Shown in pieces: positions 10,068-18,444 of a stretch of DNA of 18,444 nt. The first letter of the stretch is position 1. Each line of letters starts with the position of its first letter. The DNA is from Selaginella moellendorffii (lineage: Eukaryota; Plantae; Lycopodiophyta). The position numbers were made by a program, and so were the translations under genes. Location: positions 1-18,444 of the forward strand of contig NW_003314276.1 in the NCBI RefSeq assembly GCF_000143415.4. The letters are read 5' to 3'. A model generated the notes under the pieces. That model ran no database searches. It was not told where the DNA came from and saw only the letters and a program-made list of their open reading frames with translations.

Positions 10068-10205
10068 GGTTTGGAAGGAATCTTACCTCTGTTCTCCCTG
10101 CGGGTTTGAAAATTAAAGAGTCACCAGGTCTCATGTATCTGTGTTGCCTTCGTCAAAGATTTACAAAAGTCCAACTCTTTTACACTTTATATGGTTTGGC
10201 TCTTT

Positions 10206-10350
10206 NNNNNNNNNNNNNNNNNNNNNNNNNNNNNNNNNNNNNNNNNNNNNNNNNNNNNNNNNNNNNNNNNNNNNNNNNNNNNNNNNNNNNNNNNNNNNNN
10301 NNNNNNNNNNNNNNNNNNNNNNNNNNNNNNNNNNNNNNNNNNNNNNNNNN
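10206..10350. other. Assembly gap
   Basis: Run of N. Confidence 1.
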
Positions 10351-11017
10351 TGCATTTCTTTCTCTCTTTTAGAAGTTTCTTAACATCAAATGCTTTGTGA
10401 TCAAAAGAGAGCATGCAAGAAGTTCCTCTGCAAGAAGAACCCCCAGGCTGCCTATGATGTGTTCCAAAGGCGATGACTCTGAACTCAATATCCATGTTGA
10501 GTAGAATAAAGCTGCTTGGGTCCTCAGTAAACTTCCACCACCTCTCTTCAATTTCTTTTTGCCACTTTACAGTAAGTCACGGAAAAAATCTAAGATTCTG
10601 TAGAACTTCACTGGTTAAAACTTGGACAGGAAATCTAGAAGAAAAAACAAGCCTTTGAACACTTCTGTTTTTATCCTGGTCCTTTAATTTAAAACCAAGT
10701 GGGTTATGCTAGAACACCCTCCCTCGATATCAAGCTTTCAAATAGATGTTGTAACTTTTAATTATGGATATCTTATGTTCCATCTCCAGGATGATGAATT
10801 TAGAATCTCTTGGAACTTTTTATGTAGGCATTTGCTTTCATTTCAAGCACAAAACTTGTAGAATAAAAGAAGCCAGTTTTGATTAATTACAAAGCCTTGC
10901 TTTCTAGAGCTTACAGCTATAACTTTCAACTGATTATTTTAAAATTAAAATTAAAATGCTTACTCTTGACGCTAAAATGCTTAAAAATTCAATGTGCCCA
11001 AAATATTTTGTACTTCT

Positions 11018-11043
11018 CCCAGCGGAGCTGGGATCCCAGCTAG
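11018..11043 (+). mobile_element. Helitron 3' terminus (hairpin + CTAG)
   Basis: CCCAGC-GGA-GCTGGG at 11018-11032 (stem extends to TCCCAGC/GCTGGGA), CTAG at 11040-11043, then T. Confidence 0.88.
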
Positions 11044-12569
11044 TTTTCTATCTAAGTCACGTGTATATGCACTGTTAGCACAACTATTATATAGAAACTG
11101 AATAAGAGTTTTGATGGATGGCTCAAAAGAAGTTAGGTTGATTCAAAAAATACCTCTCCAAATTTTTTAAGAGATGGAGAATGATAACTCCACAATGGTG
11201 AGATGTGATGGTAAGAATTAAGGACTAATGCTTAACATAAACATGAAGTTTACCTATGTATGTATTAAGTTTCTAAGCATAAAAAGTGGCAAGAGGAAGA
11301 TGGATAAAGACAATAAATTCTACACAACCAACCATGCAAACAAACCGTCAAGTAGGCAACAATCAAAAGTAAAAGCAAAATAAGTGTTAGATAAAATGCA
11401 AAACATCATGGATGAGTTGACAAGAACTTGTCAAGTGAAATGCTGATGAAGCACAAGCAAATGTTCTCAAAAAATCACAAATCATATCACTGATTTATTA
11501 TTTCAATACTTATTTACCATACTTATTTCTGTTACTTGAGCAGTATCTAAAATATATAACTGTGAATAAACCAATATTATGATAAACTTGTCCATGTATT
11601 TTAAAATAATAAGGGTCACCTACTACAACCTCTTCAATGTTTGCACCTATTGATGCAAATGCTAATGCACTATTATAATTTAGTATTAATACACATATAA
11701 CTTTTTTGACTGCAGGTATTATATTAGAAAATAAATTTTAGTTACTTATAAAAATGTATAAATGCGAAGTATGAAAGTGTGGATGTACTCTGAACACTTC
11801 AACATCAGAAATTATACAATCTGCTATTCTTTTTGTGAGAAACCTTTTTTACTTGAACTCTGAAACAAACAGTGAATCTAACTGAAAGAAACACAAGGTT
11901 GTTTCTTGTATTTTTTCTCTCAACGCATTATCATGTTCTTCTCCTTCACATTTTTTTCAATGGAAAGCAGACGTTGTGATGACAAATATCTTTGGAAAAT
12001 TGTTTCCAATGCAGAAGCTCTACATGCGGGACTGGCCATTTGAACTCTACATTGATATGTGGGCTAAGATATATCTTCTTTATCTAGCCAGGCATTAGGG
12101 TAATTCAGGGCATGGTAGTGAGCTGATTAGCTTTTTTGAAGCTTGATAGTGATGAGGATCTGACAGAGATTCAAGATGTAATGCTGCCACAATGTGCCAA
12201 CTTGCCACAGAGAAAAAAAGTGATGTATGCTCATATCCAAGTTATTAGGGTGACACCATCCAGCCAGCACTATTGGAAGCTAGCATTAGACAATAAAAGT
12301 GAGTCACATCTATTTCTTGTTGATCATGTAGATGGAATAGAAAATCTATTTGTATTCCACACTTTATGACAATGCATGCATGGGCTTCTGGTTACACAAA
12401 TTATACTATAAATTATGATTTAAGATATTAATAACTTATTCTATAATATTTTAATATCATAAAAATCATGATACTAAAAAAATAAAAAATTATATATACA
12501 TTATAATATAGCATGTTATAATATAACAATAATTTATATATTAAGTATAAATTATGTAAAAGGGACTTT

Positions 12570-12713
12570 CAATATAAATATTATATTATGTTTAATTATG
12601 TATGCTATAATAATGATTATGTTAAAAATTACAATTACAATTACAACTCTTTGAAATTACTAAAACATCAGGAATAAACATGATGCTCCCAGCGTAGCTG
12701 GGACTTTTGCTAG
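12570..12713 (+). mobile_element. Helitron 3' subterminal region and terminus
   Basis: An AT-rich tract ends in CCCAGC-GTA-GCTGGG (12688-12702), CTAG (12710-12713) and T. The subterminal region recurs at about 16816-16929. Confidence 0.88.
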
Positions 12714-12839
12714 TTTAGCTCCTCTACATAATCAGGCTGTGTACTCCACATGAACCATGGAGCCTATAGTTGGCCTGTCGCAAGATGTCTCTTCTCCTCC
12801 GGTATTCCTGTTGAAGCACTAAGCAACAAGTAAGCAATA

Positions 12840-13830
12840 CACAGCTTACACATGGATGTGAGAAATCCAGCGATCCCTCCTCCATGTTTTGGACACGAGT
12901 AATATCCTGTTTTCTTTCCTTGTTTTCTTCTAAACTCTTTTTCCCCTGCAGATACTTTTGTCTGTAAGAAGATTTCTACCGCTGGAGTCTCGCCTATTCC
13001 TCGGGATAGCCATACCTGCTCTTCCTATAAGAACTGTTTCGTTGTCATGGGTGACGAGGACGGTGGTAATCCAGAAACAATGGCATGGCGGGAGGTAAAG
13101 ACGACTGGTGCCGAGCTGATGCCAAGAGCCGGGCATACAACAATCAGCCATGAAAAGTATCACGCTTGTAGGTAGATTTGTTTCCTGTTGGTCTCTCATG
13201 GGCCTTTTATGTATTTTGCAGCGACTGGTGTTTGGGCAACTTTGAATCCCTCTGGTTCCAGGCCTTCTCCAGGTTTCTCCCTTGCAGGAGATTCTGTGGA
13301 CGCAGAGCAAGGCATATTATTCGTCTATGAGGGATGTAACAAAGAGCTTGAAGCTCTGGATGACATGTATTTCCTTGATACAGGTAGGCTTCTTCTTTTA
13401 TTGACATTGCTGCTATTCTTGACAATATGGTTGCCGTTTTTCTGTGAAGAGATGCTGAGGGAGAAAGATCCATCAGAACCAAAGCTATCCATGCGTAAGG
13501 AACTTAAGAGAAGGCAGCAATGAGTATTGTGCCACGCCATTCGTGCTAGACAAGCAACGGGGATGCGGACAAGAGCTTGGTTTCATCTCACGGAAATATC
13601 TGCGGAAAACCTTGGACCTCTCCAATTTTTCCCTGTCAAACTCATGCTACAGAGTTTCAAGCTCACGTTCAGCCGCTAGGCGAGAAGATGTTCAAGGCCA
13701 GAGAAAGTGACGTATTCAACTATGGATACACGCTAGAAGCCTCCATCGGTGGGAAACTCTTCTGTGGGCTGCTCTTCTCGTACAAGCCTGGCTTTGCTCA
13801 GGCAGTGCAATCTTACATGGCGAGGTATGT
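12840..13830 (+). pseudogene. Kelch-repeat (galactose oxidase/kelch superfamily, At1g18610/At1g74150-like) pseudogene fragment with introns
   Basis: TFVCKKISTAGVSPIPRDSHTCSSYKNCFVVMG, ETMAWREVKTTGAELMPRAGHTT, GVWATLNPSGSRPSPGFSLAGD..GCNKELEALDDMYFLDT, intron 13384-13449, KLSMRKELK, then GEKMFKA..GYTLEASIGGKLFCGLLFSYKP. Frameshifts occur near 13521 and 13560, one splice donor appears mutated, and there are internal deletions. Confidence 0.85.
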
Positions 13831-14590
13831 TTCGTTTGATCCTCAGTTATTCTCTAACGCCAGGAGAGTGTCCTTTTGGACAGGGCACGGGCATTTTCCT
13901 CGAGTGATCACGTTCGTTTACACCAGGATCTCAAGCTCGACAACAATCTTTCCAAACTAAACATGCGTGACAAAGTGGTGATCAGCACCTTTAGGAGATA
14001 TCACCACAGCGTAGTACATGGCAGCTAAGGTGGTGGAGAACAAGGATTGGAGCTCTACATGGCAGCCTACTCGACTTTCTTACAGACAAAGCCATGAACT
14101 GTTTTTAAAAAAGCCATTTCTGAAGGAATAAGACAGTATTAAATAAACTGTTGTGTATGTATGTGTTAATAGACACAACTTTGAAGCCATGAGCTTGGTT
14201 TGCTTCAGTGTACATTAACTCAGGGCATATAAATGATTTCTATGTTTGATTTTATTTAGTCTTTTGCTCTCTCTCGTAAAGATTTTAGGTAAAAAACAAA
14301 ATGTGTATATGTCGTTCCAGATCACGATCCTAAAAAACGCTTTAGACATTCAAAAGGAAGCGTGCAGGCAGAAAAAAGTTCAGAAGAGTGACCTGCACAT
14401 ACAAGAATCTCATTCTATTGTGCTATTGCTATGTTTGCTTGAATACAAAACAGAAAAAAAAACAAAAAGACTTATTGATAAGAAGCTGCATCGTTGCATG
14501 ACGTTCTAAACAGAACTAACACCTACCAAAGCTATTCTACTTTGCTGAAATCTACTAGCCTATTATACAAATTGAAATAACTAGCTGAAA

Positions 14591-15215
14591 ATGGGTGGCA
14601 AAAGAAAGTGGAAAACTGTGGATGCCATTTTAGAAGGGGATGTAATTGTAGCAAATGCTACTGGAAATCAAGAACTCATACCTTTTACCACTAATGTGGA
14701 GATTTGTTTGGAAACTAATATTGGCAAAAACAATGCTTGCAGAATATGTGAAACTGGAGAAGTCATGTCAACTGGTAAATTCTGTCACACGATTTCCTGT
14801 ATTCCTGCAACCACTGCTTGTAGGGCAGTGAGACGAAAGAAATACATGGGTTTAATGTCGGAGAATGAAAATGGAAAATGTGAGCAACATTATCTTGGTA
14901 AGATGGAAAAACAATGTATACATTGTAAGGCTCTTTTTTTATGACGGAAAGTGTTTTCAACTGTTGTTGTAATGGGAAGAATATAAATTAAAAATTAAAA
15001 TACTTTTCCTCAAATTCATCCAGCAACTTCTGGAAGAAACACCACAGCAAGGAAACTTTACAGATTTAATACGAAATTATAATAGTGCATTAGCATTTGC
15101 ATCAATGGGTGCAAACATCGAAGAGATTGCAGTAGGTGGCCCTTATTATTTTAAAATACATGGACAAATTTATCATAATATTGGAAGTTTCAGACCAAAC
15201 AATGGAAATATCATT
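14591..15215 (+). mobile_element. Helitron RepHel N-terminal region (Cys-rich motif and pre-Rep block), frameshifted, runs into a gap
   Basis: HYLGKMEKQCIHCKALF, then after a frameshift ESVFNCCCNGK, then IRNYNSALAFASMGANI..GGPYYFKIHGQIYHNIGS. These are hallmark Helitron RepHel N-terminal motifs. Confidence 0.92.
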
Positions 15216-15399
15216 NNNNNNNNNNNNNNNNNNNNNNNNNNNNNNNNNNNNNNNNNNNNNNNNNNNNNNNNNNNNNNNNNNNNNNNNNNNNNNNNNNNNN
15301 NNNNNNNNNNNNNNNNNNNNNNNNNNNNNNNNNNNNNNNNNNNNNNNNNNNNNNNNNNNNNNNNNNNNNNNNNNNNNNNNNNNNNNNNNNNNNNNNNNN
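15216..15399. other. Assembly gap
   Basis: Run of N. Confidence 1.
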
Positions 15400-15707
15400 T
15401 TCATTGAAAGATTTTAGCCTCAATATAAATTTATATAAGAAAAAATAAAACATAAAGGTAATAATCTTAATTCATTTTAGCATTCACTCTATATAAAAAC
15501 ATATACAGAAATAATATTAATTATATAAAATATAATAATTTAACTCTTAGATAGTACTTCTAAAAAGTATAAATATAAATATTATGAAAAGAGAGGATAT
15601 TGAATACAAATATGGAAAAAATTCTAAACCAAAAATATAATATAATTTTAGAGAATAAGTTTAAATATATTTTAAAAATACTAAATATAATAAAGGAAAA
15701 AATAAAA

Positions 15708-16012
15708 TATCTAAATTAGAATATAAATAAAACAGTTTCTATAAAATATGATATTTTATAATTTAAAATAGAGTAGTTAATAGTTCTAAATATTTTTTAT
15801 GTAAAATATTTTTTTATTAGTAATCTTATGTTATTTATTAGTATAAATATAAATTAAATTAAACTTATTGAGATGTCAATTGGCTAAGACGTAGTCTAAG
15901 ATTTATAGAATATCATAAATTTTCTACCACTTTATCCTACATGGTATTTATACATGAAAAACATAATAAGGTATAAATATGATTGAGAAAAAATTAGTAC
16001 ATGAACCATATA
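15708..16012 (+). repeat. Long AT-rich inverted repeat, left arm
   Basis: Reverse-complement match to 16949-17204, e.g. GGCTAAGACGTAGTCTAAGATTTATAGAATATCATAAATTTTCTACCACTTTATCCTACAT versus ATGTAGGATAAAGTGGTAGAAAATTTATGATATTATATAAATCTTAGACTACATCTTAGCC. Confidence 0.92.
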
Positions 16013-16815
16013 AAGAAATTTAAATATATTATATTAAACCTTCTATATACCATTCATGAATTTTCTGATATATTATAGTTCTAGCATAACCATTCATTTA
16101 TCATCATAAAATTTCAGCATTCATAACAGTGCTATAAAGCCTTAATTATAAATATAAATACATGAATATAGGGAGATAATAATCTTATTTCAGATTTATA
16201 AAAACAACTACAGAAATAATGTTTATGATATATAATAGAATACTTTCTATTTTAAATATTACTCTCAAAATGCATGAATATAAATATTAGATAAAAAAGG
16301 AATATCAATGATAAATATGTAAAATATTATAATTTTATAAAAGAAAATATAACACATAAAGCTAACGTCTTTCACTTATTGTTATGCAATTCCAGAACTT
16401 TCAGTCTGAAATGATGAAAAGAGAAACTCCATAACAATGTTTATATTTTTTAAATTTAAAAGATGTATGCACTTTAGATGAGTTTTTAAATATATATTAA
16501 ATATATTTTTAACATCATTATAATTGAGTGTACCTAAGTAACACATACTTTATTAAGAGGAGAAATTATATAGTTTAATAAATCATGAAATAATAAGATT
16601 TTTATCACTTATATAGAGATTTCAAATAAAAGAAAAAATTATTTAATAAAAAATGACTCATCTGAGCATTGGATCCCACAGTGAGAAATTCCATTTATAG
16701 AATATCCAAGACTTCAGTCAACAATCAGAATTTTAAATATGATATAATGTACTGAGTTATATTTATTATGTTATGATGTTTGTTGGTAATGGAGTCAATT
16801 GTTGAAGATATTTTT

Positions 16816-16929
16816 AATATAAATATTATGTTATGTTTAACTATATATCTTATAATTATGATTATGTTAAAAATTACACTCTTTGAAATTATTAAAATAT
16901 CAGAAATAAACACAATGCTCCCAGCGTAG
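16816..16929 (+). mobile_element. Truncated copy of the Helitron 3' subterminal region (only the first hairpin arm retained)
   Basis: ATGATTATGTTAAAAATTACA..CTCTTTGAAATTA..AATAAACA..ATGCTCCCAGCGTAG aligns with 12570-12697, then similarity stops. Confidence 0.85.
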
Positions 16930-16948
16930 ACCAATTCTCCCAGTGTCA

Positions 16949-17204
16949 TATATGGTCCATGTACTAATGTTATCTCAATCATATTTATACCTTATTATGT
17001 TTTCATATATAAATGCAATGTAGGATAAAGTGGTAGAAAATTTATGATATTATATAAATCTTAGACTACATCTTAGCCAACCATAAGTTTACTAATGAGA
17101 AAATATTTTACACAACAAATATCTAGAACTATTAACTCCTCTATTTTATGTAAGAAAATATCATATTTTTATAGAAATTTCTTTTTTATATTCTAATTTA
17201 GATA
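16949..17204 (-). repeat. Long AT-rich inverted repeat, right arm (runs into a gap)
   Basis: Reverse complement of 15708-16012 with substitutions and one internal deletion. Confidence 0.92.
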
Positions 17205-17205
17205 C

Positions 17206-17552
17206 NNNNNNNNNNNNNNNNNNNNNNNNNNNNNNNNNNNNNNNNNNNNNNNNNNNNNNNNNNNNNNNNNNNNNNNNNNNNNNNNNNNNNNNNNNNNNNN
17301 NNNNNNNNNNNNNNNNNNNNNNNNNNNNNNNNNNNNNNNNNNNNNNNNNNNNNNNNNNNNNNNNNNNNNNNNNNNNNNNNNNNNNNNNNNNNNNNNNNNN
17401 NNNNNNNNNNNNNNNNNNNNNNNNNNNNNNNNNNNNNNNNNNNNNNNNNNNNNNNNNNNNNNNNNNNNNNNNNNNNNNNNNNNNNNNNNNNNNNNNNNNN
17501 NNNNNNNNNNNNNNNNNNNNNNNNNNNNNNNNNNNNNNNNNNNNNNNNNNNN
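17206..17552. other. Assembly gap
   Basis: Run of N. Confidence 1.
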
Positions 17553-17780
17553 TTTTTCCTAAAACCATAACATATCAGAAAATAAAAAAAGGTCCATTGA
17601 TTGCTTTGTTAAAAATAAAATTTTAAGTGATGAGGAATCACATTTTTTAAGATGGTAGCCTTTTGTATTTGTCTAATATTGTCTCAATGATATTTTATGT
17701 ATCTGTTTTCCATGTATCAATGCACAAATTATTAGTGTAAATAACAGACTTATTACACATTCATCAATGAATCTACTCAT

Positions 17781-17836
17781 ATTGAGTTGTCTCTTAGCTT
17801 AGATGTAGTCTCATATTTGTGCAATATCATAAAGTT
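17781..17836 (+). repeat. Third, more diverged partial copy of the inverted-repeat arm core
   Basis: ATTGAGTTGTCTCTTAGCTTAGATGTAGTCTCATATTTGTGCAATATCATAAA resembles ATTGAGATGTCAATTGGCTAAGACGTAGTCTAAGATTTATAGAATATCATAAA at about 15868-15920. Confidence 0.65.
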
Positions 17837-18139
17837 AAAAATCATAAGATTATGATAAAAGTATAACTTATTTACAAGATATAATAGCTGGAGCTATTCA
17901 ACTCTTCTATTTTAAGTTATAAAATATATAATTTCTATAGTCACTACTTAATTTACTTTTAACTTTATAGTATATCTTTTATTGTGTGTACTATATACCA
18001 TCTTTGTAAAAAATTATGTTTAATTTTAATAATGTAGCATTGAATTAATCAGATACTCTTTGTTCTATAAAGTTTTTATTCTATAGAAGAAAGAGTATAT
18101 GATTGATTTGATAATACATGTTTCTTATGGAGGATACCA

Positions 18140-18310
18140 GCCAATGGAAGCATTTGATCTCATGTGACAGTGGGCGACCTCTGTTTCGAATCCACGGCCA
18201 ACATCTTAGAAAGGAGATCCTCCACTGCAAACAAGCAAGGACCAATCAGGTTAAGGTTCGATCAGGTTCTGCAACACCCATGGATTTGTACAAAATTGCA
18301 GCATTAAGAC
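18140..18310 (+). pseudogene. Possible Ser/Thr protein kinase C-terminal (subdomain XI) remnant
   Basis: KHLIS, then in another frame PIRLRFDQVLQHPWI. This resembles the kinase pattern KDLI..L..DP..R.T..Q.L.HPWI (Aurora/CDPK-like). The match is short. Confidence 0.35.
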
Positions 18311-18444
18311 CATCCAACTTTGAAGGAGTGGTGTGAAAAGGAGTGCTCCCGGCCTTGAGAACAAGAAAGTTCAAGTGGCTTAAAAGAAAATGCCAGCAGT
18401 AAGTTCCTATTTCCTTTTCACCATTACTAACTTCATTGCTTTAG

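Noticed and set aside
10369-10660. Minus-strand frame KWQKEIEERWWKFTEDPSSF..
   Set aside because: It looks coding-like, but I recognise no family and it is truncated by a gap.
11417-11434. TTGACAAG-AA-CTTGTCAA hairpin
   Set aside because: It is an isolated 8-bp stem with no CTRR after it, plausible by chance.
11900-12369. Possible second F-box-like remnant (LNALSCS..DDKYLWK) and ORF 12136-12369
   Set aside because: It needs frameshifts and the similarity is too weak to support a call.
3392-16929. Recurrent palindromic motif as a CRISPR repeat or bacterial terminator/REP
   Set aside because: The context is eukaryotic, spacing is irregular at kilobase scale, there are no cas genes, and the trailing CTAG|T explains it as a Helitron end.
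16725-16982. Ile-rich 85-aa minus-strand ORF
   Set aside because: It is a compositional artefact of AT-rich Helitron subterminal DNA.

Overview
This is eukaryotic land-plant genomic DNA with four assembly gaps. GT-AG introns of only about 45-76 nt suggest a compact genome such as the lycophyte Selaginella (inference). I found no clearly intact gene, and the window reads as a decayed nest of Helitron (rolling-circle) transposons carrying host cargo. Four complete or near-complete copies and one truncated copy of a shared 3' terminus (CCCAGC-N3-GCTGGG hairpin, then CTAG|T) are present, plus broken RepHel pieces: a Pif1 helicase segment at 4868-5323 and a Rep N-terminus at 14591-15215. Between them lie intron-retaining, mutated fragments of unrelated host genes, nearly all on the + strand: a SKIP16-like F-box, an SGR2-like DDHD phospholipase, CFIm25, a probable kinesin-12 coiled coil, a kelch-repeat protein and a kinase tail. 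A PIF/Harbinger transposase remnant, a Ty3/gypsy integrase remnant and a large AT-rich inverted repeat are also present. All homology calls come from manual translation and remembered motifs; no database search was run. Helitron gene capture is a known process, so what may be new here is this particular family and its cargo.
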